A stretch of DNA of 64,000 nt, from the NCBI GenBank assembly GCA_965237905.1, contig OZ250172.1, positions 1,280,001 through 1,344,000 on the forward strand, in the 5' to 3' direction. Below are positions 36,324 to 46,236 of this stretch, one piece after another. The notes beneath the pieces were generated by a model. The model ran no database searches and was not told the DNA's origin. It saw only the letters and a program-made list of their open reading frames with translations. The DNA is from Nitrospinaceae bacterium. Its GTDB lineage: Bacteria > Nitrospinota > Nitrospinia > Nitrospinales > Nitrospinaceae. Both the position numbers and the translations under genes were made by a program. Position 1 is the first letter of the stretch. Every line of letters begins with the position of its first letter.

Positions 36324-37427
36324 ATGAGTATTTTAAAGCGTTACATTCTTGGGCAATTTATCAAAACCTACGCTCTCACGGTGGGCGCCCTGGTGGGAAT
36401 GTTCATTGTGATTGACGGTTTTGAACGGCTGGACGAATTCGTCACCAGGAACGCGGGTGTGAGTGACTTTCTGATTTACTATTTTTTGAAAATTCCGTTC
36501 ATCCTGTCCTACATGGCGCCGCAGTCGGTACTCGTTGCCACTGTCATCACACTGGCCACCTTGTCCCGGAATAACGAATTCATAGCCATGAAAGCTTGCG
36601 GCATCGGGGTCACCGGCCTCACGCTTCCCATCATTAGTTTCTCGGTGTTTCTGGCACTGAGCCTAATGATCTGCAATGAATTCGTAACCCCCGTCACCAG
36701 CCAGAAAATGAATTATATACTCAACATCAAGGTGCGGGGTGCGGTGGATCAGTCGAAGCAGATGCGCGACCGTTTATGGATTCGATCCGGCAATGGCTCC
36801 ATCTGGAACATCAACTATTACGACCCGGTGAAGTCTCTTATGAAGGGAGTCAGTTTGTACACCTTCGACCCAAACCGGCCCGATATCCGCCAACGCATCG
36901 ACGCGGAGAGCGCATTATGGAACGGACAGCAATGGGAGTTCTTCAACGGATATATCCGTTTCTTTAAACCCGACGGAGTGGATTCTACCAAATACTTCAA
37001 AAGAGAAATTTTTCCGGCGCTCGAAAAACCAGCCGATTTTAAAAAACTGCAAAGACGTCCTGAAGAAATGAGCGCCCGGTATATGTACGAAACGATCCAG
37101 AAACAGGAAAAAGAAGGCCTGGACGCGACACGTACCTGGATCGATCTCCACCAGAAACTGTCCTATCCATTTATCAGTGTGGTCTTGGCTCTGATCGGCA
37201 TCCCTCTGTCCATCCGCTCCAGCCGGAAAGGAGGCCTGTTGTTCTGTGTCTGGATGAGTCTGGTAACCGGATTTATCTTCTCTTTCTTTTATGCGTTGGG
37301 GATATCCTTTGGGTATAAAGGAGTGTTCCCCCCTGTCCTGGCGGCATGGGGGCCCTGCCTGTTATTTATCTGTATCGGATTTTACATGTTGTTGACCATG
37401 GACAGCGAAAAACTGCTACCCACCTAG
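36324..37427 (+). CDS. lptG: LPS export ABC transporter permease LptG (LptF/G family)
   Basis: ILKRYI, LSRNNEFIAMKACG, KLSYPF, PPVLAAW; six TMs. Confidence 0.8.
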   Translation: MSILKRYILGQFIKTYALTVGALVGMFIVIDGFERLDEFVTRNAGVSDFLIYYFLKIPFILSYMAPQSVLVATVITLATLSRNNEFIAMKACGIGVTGLTLPIISFSVFLALSLMICNEFVTPVTSQKMNYILNIKVRGAVDQSKQMRDRLWIRSGNGSIWNINYYDPVKSLMKGVSLYTFDPNRPDIRQRIDAESALWNGQQWEFFNGYIRFFKPDGVDSTKYFKREIFPALEKPADFKKLQRRPEEMSARYMYETIQKQEKEGLDATRTWIDLHQKLSYPFISVVLALIGIPLSIRSSRKGGLLFCVWMSLVTGFIFSFFYALGISFGYKGVFPPVLAAWGPCLLFICIGFYMLLTMDSEKLLPT

Positions 37428-37431
37428 CCCC

Positions 37432-38355
37432 ATGAACACATTCGGATCCATTGACATCGGCTCCAACACGGTCCGACTGCTTGTTATGGAAGCGGACGAT
37501 GCAGGAGGCTTTAAAGAAGTGGACTCCGAGCGGGTCATTTGCCGCCTGGGCGAAGGCATCAACTCCGAAAAACGATTACTGCCGCACCGAATGGATCTGA
37601 CGCTGGGTGTGTTGCAACGATTCCGCGACCAATGCCGAAAGTACGGCGACATTCCGATCCGAGTGGTGGCCACCAGCGCTGTACGGGAAGCCTCGAACCG
37701 GGAGGAGTTTGTGCATCTGGCGCAAGAACGGGCCGGACTGGACGTACAGGTGATTTCATGGGAGGAGGAAGCCCGGCTCACGGTCGAGGGCGTGTTCTGG
37801 AAACTTCCCTCGTCCGGCAAAACACTCATCTTTGATATCGGCGGCGGAAGCACCGAGTTTATTTTTTCCCAAGACAAACAAGTATTGGCATCCGCCGGCA
37901 CCTCCCTCGGCGTCGTGCGCCTCACCGAGCAGTTTATCTCCCAGCACCCGGTCGACGCCGCGGAATATCAAAATTTAAAAAACCATGTCCGGGAACAACT
38001 GGACCGGGTCCATTTTCGGCTGGGCGACCCGAGTCCGGAAAAACTGATCGGCACCGCCGGTACCGTGACCACTCTGGCGGCAATGGACTGCAATATATTC
38101 CCCTACGATCCCGAGAAAATCCACGGCCTTGTCCTCCCGCTGGATAATATTCAACGCCTGTTCGAGGACCTGAAATCGAAATCTCTCGAACAACGGCTGG
38201 AAATTCCATCCCTGGAACGGGGCCGCGAAGACCTGATCATTGCCGGAACCACCCTGGTCTTGGAAACGATGAAAGCCTTCCATTGCTCGCACTTGACGGT
38301 CAGCGAGTACAGCCTGCGCGAGGGGATTGTGCTCCAGGCCGCCCGAGACCAGTAA
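37432..38355 (+). CDS. ppx: Ppx/GppA phosphatase (short form)
   Basis: IDIGSNTVRL, VATSAVREASN, DIGGGSTE, GTAGT, SLREG. Confidence 0.9.
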   Translation: MNTFGSIDIGSNTVRLLVMEADDAGGFKEVDSERVICRLGEGINSEKRLLPHRMDLTLGVLQRFRDQCRKYGDIPIRVVATSAVREASNREEFVHLAQERAGLDVQVISWEEEARLTVEGVFWKLPSSGKTLIFDIGGGSTEFIFSQDKQVLASAGTSLGVVRLTEQFISQHPVDAAEYQNLKNHVREQLDRVHFRLGDPSPEKLIGTAGTVTTLAAMDCNIFPYDPEKIHGLVLPLDNIQRLFEDLKSKSLEQRLEIPSLERGREDLIIAGTTLVLETMKAFHCSHLTVSEYSLREGIVLQAARDQ

Positions 38356-38686
38356 TCCCTCTTCATGGCCCTTCCTCAGTAACCCCGGTTTTCCACAACA
38401 TGTTCAGCGATATTCTGCCAGACTGCTCGGAATACACCCTATTTTGAAGCACTAAACTTATATATTTAAAGGGTTAAGAGGCACCCGGTACATTTCAATG
38501 GTAATACATAGAAATTCTAAGTAAACTAGTAGGATCGAACCCGTTTCCCCTTGCGATGATGAGTGGGCAAACAACCTACGGCTCTCTAGAACGGAAGCTG
38601 GGGCTCCCGGAGGGGTACCTGGACCTTTCTCCAATAAAGGGGTGGGTCTGAATTTAATAAAGAGCGGCTGGAATATTGAAGGTCCC

Positions 38687-39226
38687 ATGATTACTCTTCG
38701 GTGGTTTGGCCTGTACTGCATTCTTTTGGGATTGCTGGCCTGTTTGACAGTTCCAGAAGATCCGGCATTGCAACACTCGAAGAAACCGGGGGGTCCATCG
38801 GAGCCGCCCGCACAAAACTATGTGGGACTCAAAATACCGCCAATGCCCAAAGGGCATGAAACGGAATTGGGATATCTGTTAGGGCCGGAAGACCAGGGCA
38901 AGCACTCCATCGAAGTGGTGAGCTTCGGATCAAAAAAAATAGTCTGGATGGGGCGTCTTCTTTATCACGATGAGAAAGGCAGGGCACACTGGGAAATAAT
39001 AGCGGCGCTCCCGCCCCGGCCCTTGCCGACGGGCTACCATGTTTCGCGCGGCAACTGCCTGAATCATAACAAGCCGCAACCGGAAATCGTGGCCATTTTA
39101 AAAATGGAAGATAAGAAAACGTTGACCCAAATCCACAAAGCATGGAAGGCGGACCCGCAAAAAGAAACGTTCGAACCATTGCCACTCGAAGGCATTCAAT
39201 GCAGTAACGAAAGATTCAACCATTAA
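38687..39226 (+). CDS. Hypothetical lipoprotein
   Basis: Lipobox LLAC; ATG 38687 preferred. Confidence 0.6.
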   Translation: MITLRWFGLYCILLGLLACLTVPEDPALQHSKKPGGPSEPPAQNYVGLKIPPMPKGHETELGYLLGPEDQGKHSIEVVSFGSKKIVWMGRLLYHDEKGRAHWEIIAALPPRPLPTGYHVSRGNCLNHNKPQPEIVAILKMEDKKTLTQIHKAWKADPQKETFEPLPLEGIQCSNERFNH

Positions 39227-39319
39227 TACAATTTTTGTCTAACAGATTTATAAACTATCCCCAGAAAATCATTATCAATGACACAACAATTTAATCATCA
39301 TATTGGGAAAGGAAAAATT

Positions 39320-39967
39320 ATGAAACGTATTTACTTATTCATGTTCCTGGCTGTATGGATGTTTGCGGCCTGTTCATCCACCGGCGACACCGTCAAAACG
39401 GATGCTCTGGTAGAAACAAACACCAGCGAAGTATTTCACCATCCAGGCGCCGGCTTTAGCGTGACCAAGCCTATGGATTGGCAGTATTTGTCTCCGGAAA
39501 TGGTCAAAACGGCAAGCGAATCCACAAAATGGAACGACGCCGAACTGGAAAAAGCAATTAAGGAAAACCCCAATTCGCCTCTGGTGGTGCTGACCCGGTA
39601 CCAGGAGCCTTATCCGACTCTCAACCCGAGCGTTGCCGTCACCATGGTTAATCTGCCTGTTGAAGGCATGCCCCCGAAGGATATTTTGAATATGTCCACG
39701 GAAGTGCTGAAGCGTGCGTATCCGGACCTGACCTATGTGGATGAAGTCCAGGATGCCAATGTGGATGGCATTAACGGAGCTTACACCAAGATCAAATACA
39801 CCATGTCCGCAGGCGACCGGAAATTCCCGACCCTGACCCGCATGTGGTTGGTACCGCGCGGGAAAATCATGTTCACCGTCGGCATGTCCGGTCCGCAGGA
39901 TGGTCCGGATGTTTCCGAGGACACCTTTAAGAAAATCCTGAAATCCATCAAGATTGAACAAAAGTAG
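39320..39967 (+). CDS. Lipoprotein, possibly PsbP/DcrB-like fold
   Basis: Lipobox FAAC; GFSVTKPMDW...FKKILKSIKI pattern. Confidence 0.65.
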   Translation: MKRIYLFMFLAVWMFAACSSTGDTVKTDALVETNTSEVFHHPGAGFSVTKPMDWQYLSPEMVKTASESTKWNDAELEKAIKENPNSPLVVLTRYQEPYPTLNPSVAVTMVNLPVEGMPPKDILNMSTEVLKRAYPDLTYVDEVQDANVDGINGAYTKIKYTMSAGDRKFPTLTRMWLVPRGKIMFTVGMSGPQDGPDVSEDTFKKILKSIKIEQK

Positions 39968-39981
39968 TCTGGTGTGTTATG

Positions 39982-40019
39982 TTAAGGACGGCTCTTCGGA
40001 GCCGTCCTTAAACTTTTTT
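39982..40019 (+). terminator. Rho-independent terminator
   Basis: TTAAGGACGGCTC-TTCG-GAGCCGTCCTTAA followed by a T-run. Confidence 0.8.
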
Positions 40020-40030
40020 AAAAGAAATTC

Positions 40031-40747
40031 ATGAAACAACTTCAAATCTTTTTAATGGTATTAGTGTTTGGTATGTTTGCGGCCTTCTCCGCCACTCCAA
40101 GTTGGACCGCTCAATCAGACATCAAAGACACCTCCACTTCATCTGAAGTATCGGCGGAAGCACCGCCACCCGCGACGAAGAACGAGCCCGTTCCTGAAAA
40201 TCAAGATTCGGACAATACTTATCACAATGCTGAAGTAGGGTTCAGCATCACCAAACCCTCAAACTGGTTGTACATGAACCCGGAACTCATCAAAACTCAG
40301 GTGAGCAAGGCTCGGCTTGGCGACGAAGACCTACAGGAAATGATCAGAGAAAATCCGGCGCCTCTGCTCATGATCACCCGGTATCCCTTATCCACCCCCG
40401 CCCTCAACCCGAATGTAGTAGTCGCGCCAACCTTCATGCCCTCTGAAGACTTCTCTCCCAAGGATATAATAAATACCTCACTGGCAGTATTTAAACGTTC
40501 GTTTCCAGACTTGAGCATTGTGGATGAAGTTCAGGATGCAAAAGTCGATGGAATTGAAGGCGCTTACAGCAAGTTCAAATATACGTTATCCGTGGGAGAT
40601 CATGAGAGATTAATCATGGCTCGCATATGGTTGATGCCAAGAGGTAAAATTATATTCAATGTGGTTATGACGGGAGCACAGGAAGGCCCGGATGTTTCCG
40701 AGGAAGCTTTCAAGGAAATCCTGAGTTCCATCAAGATTGCACGATAG
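40031..40747 (+). CDS. Secreted paralog of the upstream lipoprotein
   Basis: Shared GFSxTKPxxW, TRY, LNP, DEVQDAxVDGI, GPDVSE.xFK.IL.SIKI. Confidence 0.7.
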   Translation: MKQLQIFLMVLVFGMFAAFSATPSWTAQSDIKDTSTSSEVSAEAPPPATKNEPVPENQDSDNTYHNAEVGFSITKPSNWLYMNPELIKTQVSKARLGDEDLQEMIRENPAPLLMITRYPLSTPALNPNVVVAPTFMPSEDFSPKDIINTSLAVFKRSFPDLSIVDEVQDAKVDGIEGAYSKFKYTLSVGDHERLIMARIWLMPRGKIIFNVVMTGAQEGPDVSEEAFKEILSSIKIAR

Positions 40748-40910
40748 CGGTCTCCCCCCTGCCCCCTTTAAAATCCCTCTAAATTTGCATTTTCGGCCCT
40801 TCCTGTGTTTATATATTCAGGTCGCCTCTCCCCCGGGAGTTTGGATTTGACATCAATTTTCTTTTCAGATATGTTGAACTTACACCTTAAAAATTAAAAG
40901 TTTACCGACC

Positions 40911-42704
40911 ATGACACCCAAACAGACGACCGCGAAAAAAATTATCAGTATCGACAAGGCCAAAAAGTCCCAGAAGCCCATGAAGGGCCGGGAAATCATC
41001 GTCAGATCCCTTGAAAATGAAGGATGTGAGGTGCTTTTCGGGTACCCCGGCGGAACCTCGATGGAAATCCATCAGGCGCTCACACAGAGTAAAAAGATCC
41101 GGATGGTGCTTCCCCGGCACGAGCAGGGCGGCGCTTTTGCGGCGGCAGGATATGCCCGCGCGACCGGCCGGCCCGGCGTCTGCATGGCGACCTCCGGACC
41201 CGGAGCCACCAACCTCCTCACCGGCATCATGGACTCCAAACTGGACTCCATCCCGCTGATCGCTATCACCGGGCAGGTTCCGACCACGGTGATGGGAAGT
41301 GACGCGTTTCAGGAAGCGGATGTTGTCGGTGCTACCTTTCCGCTGGTCAAGCACAGCTATCTGGTTACGGATATCAACGATATTCCGCAGATCATTCACG
41401 AGGCGTTCCATATTGCCAGCACCGGACGACCCGGACCGGTCCTGATCGATATCCCAAAGAATATTCAGCAGCAAGAGGGGATCGTGGATTTCGACGTCCA
41501 TTTCGATGTTCCGGGCTACAAGCCCAATTTGAAACCGGCGCCCCAACAGATCAAGAAGGCCGCGCACTTCATCAAGGAAGCCAAACGACCGATCATTTAC
41601 GCAGGCGGCGGCATCATTGCTTCCGGCGCGTCCGACGAATTGCGCAAACTGGTCAAGAAGACCGGCATCCCCATCACCAACACCGTCATGGGCCTGGGCA
41701 CATTTCCGATGGATGACCCGCTGTCTCTTCACATGCTGGGAATGCATGGCGCGGTGTATGCCAACATCGCCATGAATCATGCCGACCTGGTTATCGCGCT
41801 CGGCGTCCGGTTCGACGACCGCGTGACCGGTAAGTTGGCCGAGTTCTGCAAGAATGCCAAATTCATCCACGTCGATATCGATCCGTCCGAAATCAATAAA
41901 AATATTTCGGTGGACGTGCCGATTCAGGGCGATCTCAAACAGGCGCTCAAGATGCTGAACGAAACTGTCGAGCCTAAAAAAGATATCGAACCGTGGGTCC
42001 AACAGATTGACGGCTGGAAGAAAGAATTTCCACTGGCTTACCAGTTGGACGACAAAGCCATCGTGCCCCAGCACGTTGTTGTCGAAACACAGAAACTGGC
42101 GGATAAGGATTGTATCGTTTCGGTCGGAGTCGGCCAGCATCAGATGTGGGCGGCGCAGTTTTGGCGGTTCCATACCCCGCGTTCGTGGTTGTGTTCGTCC
42201 GGGTTGGGATCAATGGGCTTCGGCCTGCCCGCCGCGATGGGCGCGCAGGTGGCGTATCCCGACCGGCAGGTCATCAACATCGACGGCGACGGATCGTTCC
42301 TGATGAATATTCAGGAACTGCAAACGCTGAAAATCGAAAACATCCCCGTCAAGAACATCGTGCTCAACAACGCGCACCTCGGCATGGTGGCGCAGTGGGA
42401 GGACCGGTTCTACAAATCCCTGCGCGGTCATACTTACATCGGGGACGCTGATTTCGCGGAGATCGCCGATGCCTTCGGCATTGCGGGTGAAACCATCCGC
42501 AAACCGGAAGAAGTCGAACCGGCGCTGAAACGCATGCTCAAGCACAAGGGACCGTACGTACTCGACGTCAAGTACCCGTACAACGACCAAAGTCACGGGC
42601 ACGTCGTTCCGATGATCCCCGGTGGGCATACGTACCTCGATACCATACTCGACCAGAAATACAACCTGCGCGAGTACTGGAAAGAAAAAGGCATCGAACC
42701 GTAG
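40911..42704 (+). CDS. ilvB: Acetolactate synthase large subunit
   Basis: FGYPGG, RHEQGG, TSGPGATN, LGMHG, RFDDRVTG, GQHQMWAAQ, GDGSFLMNIQEL. Confidence 0.96.
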   Translation: MTPKQTTAKKIISIDKAKKSQKPMKGREIIVRSLENEGCEVLFGYPGGTSMEIHQALTQSKKIRMVLPRHEQGGAFAAAGYARATGRPGVCMATSGPGATNLLTGIMDSKLDSIPLIAITGQVPTTVMGSDAFQEADVVGATFPLVKHSYLVTDINDIPQIIHEAFHIASTGRPGPVLIDIPKNIQQQEGIVDFDVHFDVPGYKPNLKPAPQQIKKAAHFIKEAKRPIIYAGGGIIASGASDELRKLVKKTGIPITNTVMGLGTFPMDDPLSLHMLGMHGAVYANIAMNHADLVIALGVRFDDRVTGKLAEFCKNAKFIHVDIDPSEINKNISVDVPIQGDLKQALKMLNETVEPKKDIEPWVQQIDGWKKEFPLAYQLDDKAIVPQHVVVETQKLADKDCIVSVGVGQHQMWAAQFWRFHTPRSWLCSSGLGSMGFGLPAAMGAQVAYPDRQVINIDGDGSFLMNIQELQTLKIENIPVKNIVLNNAHLGMVAQWEDRFYKSLRGHTYIGDADFAEIADAFGIAGETIRKPEEVEPALKRMLKHKGPYVLDVKYPYNDQSHGHVVPMIPGGHTYLDTILDQKYNLREYWKEKGIEP

Positions 42705-42729
42705 GAAAGATTGAGTAGAAAAAATAGAC

Positions 42730-42763
42730 TCCCTCATCCCGCAAGGGGTGGGGGATTTTTTTT
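42730..42763 (+). terminator. Rho-independent terminator
   Basis: TCCCTCATCCC-GCAA-GGGGTGGGGGA-T8 between convergent genes. Confidence 0.75.
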
Positions 42764-43631
42764 ATGTCCCCCGTTTGGCGCTGTATTCGACGTAGGCGCG
42801 GACGATGTTTTCATCTACCCGCTCGAAGTGTTTCCAGCCGGAGTATTTGGTTTTGAGTTGTTCTTTAACGAGGGTGAGGGTGTCGGGCAGGTTTTTGCGA
42901 TCGTCCAGCGCGTCGTTGACGTACCGCTTCAGTTCCATGAGGTAATGTTTCATCTGGGTGACAATCGGCTTGCCGCCGACGGGACCATGGCCGGGGACGA
43001 TCACTTCGGCATCGAGGTTCTCCATTTCCACGAGGGTATGAAGCCACGATTCGATATAGCTGTCACCCAAAAATGGAATGATGCGGTTGGACACCAATCC
43101 GCCGGTGATGAGAATGCGCCACTTGGGAATGTAGATGTACAAATCGCCGTCGGTATGCGCCGGGCCGGGATGGACCAGCTTGAGATGGTACTTGCCGAGC
43201 TTCAGTTCCAATTTTTTTTCAAACGAAAGGTTGGCCGGGATGATTTTTCGTTTTTCCCGTTCGGCCTCGAGGACCGTCATCGCCAGCGCCCGTTTCTGCG
43301 CGATGATGGTGCGGGCTGATTTGAAAACGCCGTTACCGGAAATATTCTCTTTATGGAAATGGCTGTTGACGACGTAGACCACGGGTTGGTTGGTCGCTTT
43401 ACGGATGGCTTGGAGCACCTGCTCGGCCTCTTTGTTATTACCGCGCGTGTCGATGACAATGACCCCCTTCTTCGTGGTGATAAAGGCCGCGTTGGCGCCG
43501 TTGCCGGTCGGGTCCACCATACAATAAATATTCGGGAGAGCCTCAGTCAGCTTTGCTTCCTGCGCGAACACTCCGCCTGCACTATTCATCCACACCAAAA
43601 ACCCAACGCATAACCATTTGAAAAACCGCAT
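42762..43631 (-). CDS. Secreted MBL-fold protein (cyclase-like) with degenerate metal motif
   Basis: VIDT, NSHFHKENISGN, PAHTDGD, VPGHG; signal peptide. Confidence 0.85.
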   Translation of the reverse strand: MRFFKWLCVGFLVWMNSAGGVFAQEAKLTEALPNIYCMVDPTGNGANAAFITTKKGVIVIDTRGNNKEAEQVLQAIRKATNQPVVYVVNSHFHKENISGNGVFKSARTIIAQKRALAMTVLEAEREKRKIIPANLSFEKKLELKLGKYHLKLVHPGPAHTDGDLYIYIPKWRILITGGLVSNRIIPFLGDSYIESWLHTLVEMENLDAEVIVPGHGPVGGKPIVTQMKHYLMELKRYVNDALDDRKNLPDTLTLVKEQLKTKYSGWKHFERVDENIVRAYVEYSAKRGT

Positions 43632-43733
43632 TGCCAGCCGTTTCCTTTCTATTCTTCAGTAAAAGTGATCAATTAAAGGATGGTATCATTGAATGACTTT
43701 ATGTAGCCACGAAATTGTGGTAATTTAACGATC

Positions 43734-44180
43734 ATGACCCAAGACAACAAAGACAAGCAGGATTTTCTGAACGACATGCTGAGTAAAGGGGATGCGATGG
43801 TGTGTATGGATGCGCGCCAGCCGGACGTTGAAGTGCCTAAAGCGCACAAGACCAATCCCATGTTGAACCTGGTCATCAGCCTGAACTTCCGGCGACCGAT
43901 AGATATACTGGAAGATGGAATTTACGGCTCACTCTCGTTCGGCGGTCGTCCGCACAAATGCGTCATCCCCTTCACCGCCGTGTGGGCGATTTACGAACCC
44001 GACTCGCAGAAGGGTCAGGTCTGGGAGGCCAGCATTCCGGAAGATATTGACTGGGGCGACCCGGCGGGTGCCACCCCATCCGACCCGACTTCAGAGAAAC
44101 ATTCGCTGAAATCGGTTGCCGGTTCCGGCAAGTCCGATAAACCCAAGCGGGACCGCAGTCATCTGCGGATCATCAAATAA
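43734..44180 (+). CDS. sspB: ClpXP specificity-enhancing factor SspB-like
   Basis: LSFGGRPHKCVIPFTAVWAIY and C-terminal XB motif RSHLRIIK. Confidence 0.8.
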   Translation: MTQDNKDKQDFLNDMLSKGDAMVCMDARQPDVEVPKAHKTNPMLNLVISLNFRRPIDILEDGIYGSLSFGGRPHKCVIPFTAVWAIYEPDSQKGQVWEASIPEDIDWGDPAGATPSDPTSEKHSLKSVAGSGKSDKPKRDRSHLRIIK

Positions 44181-44364
44181 AACACCGGCCTCCGACCCGA
44201 TATTCCCGGAGAAGCAGGGAGGCTACAAAATTTTCCTTTAAAATCAATGGTTTGATTGATCCGCCTGCCTTGGACGTATATTTGAAATTTCTTTTTACAA
44301 AAGCAGGACGGATAGTTTAAACTGCGTAATTGTTCAAAATAACGGACACTACAATTGAATTTAT

Positions 44365-44441
44365 GGTGGGCGTAGCTCAGTTGGTAGAGCCCTGGATTGT
44401 GGCTCCAGTGGTCGCGGGTTCAAATCCCGTCGCTCACCCCA
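44365..44441 (+). tRNA. tRNA-His(GTG)
   Basis: Cloverleaf with G-1, anticodon arm CTGGA-TTGTGGC-TCCAG, GGTTCAAATCC, encoded CCA. Confidence 0.97.
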
Positions 44442-44454
44442 TATTTTTTAATAC

Positions 44455-44531
<77 letters not shown>

Positions 44532-44642
44532 TACTTTTCTTGATGCGGCAGGGTGTGGGTGACCTCGCCCGGCACAGCCTTCCCCTCCGGGAATTTCCAG
44601 CCGGATAACAGCTGCATCATCGACATTAGAAAGGAGAGCGCC

Positions 44643-45356
44643 ATGCGCACGACTACGATCCATTCCCTTTGGGGTTTGTCCCTGGTATTCATTTTACCGT
44701 TAGCTCTGCTGACGGTTCCCGATCTGGCGCAGGCTCATCATGAGCAACTCGCCCAGGCAACCGTTTCGCCGGAAATGCCGCAGGTGGCCGAAGCGCCCAA
44801 GTCCGAGGGAAGCAAAAGTAAAGGCTACAGCCACGGATCGCCGCATGGCATGAAAGGAAAACCGCACGGTAAATCCGAAGGCTCCGGCTCCAAACACGGA
44901 TACGGCAAAGGTTACGGCCACGGCTCGAAGCATGGTTACGGCAAAAAAGGGGGCAGTCATGGCAGGCGTGGATACGGGAAACATGGTTACGGCGGTGGAC
45001 ATCGTGGCGGTGGACATCACGGCGGGCATGGCAAAGATCCGTTTCGTCATGTGTTGAAATTCGCCGGTGCTTTGGGCTTGACCGATGCGCAGATCAACCA
45101 GATCAAAAAAATGAAATTTGAGTTCGCCAAAGAAAGAATCATGCTGAAGGCGCAACACCAAATCGCCCACATGGATCTGGACCAATTGGTGCATTCCGGT
45201 AAAGTGGAAGAATCGAAGATGCGGGCCATCGCCGACCAGATTGCCGAAATCAAATCGAAAAAAATCCATGGCATGGTGGACGCCAAGATCGACCTGCTCA
45301 AATTGCTGACACCGGAGCAAAGGAAAAAAATCTCCCAACTCCATTCGCAACACTAA
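44643..45356 (+). CDS. Periplasmic Spy/CpxP/ZraP-family protein with His/Gly-rich insert
   Basis: Signal peptide; LGLTDAQ and LLTPEQR (LTxxQ motifs); long GHG/KHG tract; SD AAGGAG before ATG 44643. Confidence 0.85.
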   Translation: MRTTTIHSLWGLSLVFILPLALLTVPDLAQAHHEQLAQATVSPEMPQVAEAPKSEGSKSKGYSHGSPHGMKGKPHGKSEGSGSKHGYGKGYGHGSKHGYGKKGGSHGRRGYGKHGYGGGHRGGGHHGGHGKDPFRHVLKFAGALGLTDAQINQIKKMKFEFAKERIMLKAQHQIAHMDLDQLVHSGKVEESKMRAIADQIAEIKSKKIHGMVDAKIDLLKLLTPEQRKKISQLHSQH

Positions 45357-45396
45357 AAGCGATTAACCACAGATAAACACCGATAATAGAAAAACC

Positions 45397-45427
45397 CTGT
45401 CATCCTGAGCCTGTCGAAGGGCGACAG
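45397..45427. repeat. REP-like palindromic element
   Basis: CTGTCATCCTGAGCCTGTCGAAGGGCGACAG imperfect hairpin, resembling dispersed GTCATCCTGAGC...TCGAAGG repeats (recalled, not searched). Confidence 0.45.
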
Positions 45428-45456
45428 TCGATTGAGGAACTACTCAAATAAAAAAA

Positions 45457-45535
<79 letters not shown>

Positions 45536-45575
45536 TAAAAAAAGGACTTATGGCTTCGGCTATAAGTCCTTTTTG
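45536..45575 (+). terminator. Hairpin/terminator after tRNA-Pro
   Basis: AAAAAGGACTTATGGC-TTCG-GCTATAAGTCCTTTTT. Confidence 0.75.
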
Positions 45576-46143
45576 CTTTTGGCTAGCACTGTGGCTAGCA
45601 TTTGGTCCGGGAATGCCACATAATTTGGGTAGATTCGAGAAAGTGGATTGTGGGGCTTCTCAGGCGGTCAGTTCCAAGCATCGAACCATAACTTTTAATA
45701 ACAGGCAGGGCTTCTTGAATGACAGGTTTTGACAGGTTCCGCGCACCGCCCAAAACGTGACTTTTCGTGACCAGGTGGCGGCTTCCGAAACCCTAGTTTT
45801 ACCTGGTCGCGGGCCACAAAAAAACGTGAGTTTTCGTGAGTAGTCTAGATCCTTTTAATTACCCCGAAGACCTCCCCCTGGGCCCTTTTGGATGTTACCT
45901 TTTGTCAACCACTTGTGACCTTCTAGATCGATTACGAAACTGAAGTTTTCTGAAATAGTCTGGCCCTCTGGAATGCCCTCCAAATGTTTACTTTTGTTAA
46001 ACACCTGGAGGAGATTTCAGGCCTCCCGAATACCAACATTTACCAACAACCTAGGACACCTGTTTTCCCCTACCTGGCCACCCAATCTGGCGGGTTGACC
46101 TCTTGGTTTATTTGGGGTTTAATCCCGGTAATCCGAACTTCTT

Positions 46144-46200
46144 GCGAGGGGCTTAAAATCCTGTGGGGGGCTCGTGCGGGTTCGATTTCCACCCCTCGCA
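46144..46200 (+). pseudogene. Degenerate tRNA-Leu(TAA) relic lacking the D-arm
   Basis: Acceptor GCGAGGG/CCCTCGC-A, anticodon loop CTTAAAA, long variable region, T-arm GCGGG-TTCGATT-TCCAC; no D-arm or CCA. Confidence 0.6.
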
Positions 46201-46236
46201 AATATTTTTGCAACAACCGTTGTCGTTGGAGGACAT

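Noticed and set aside
40902..42173. 423-aa antisense ORF opposite ilvB
   Set aside because: Shadow ORF with no motifs.
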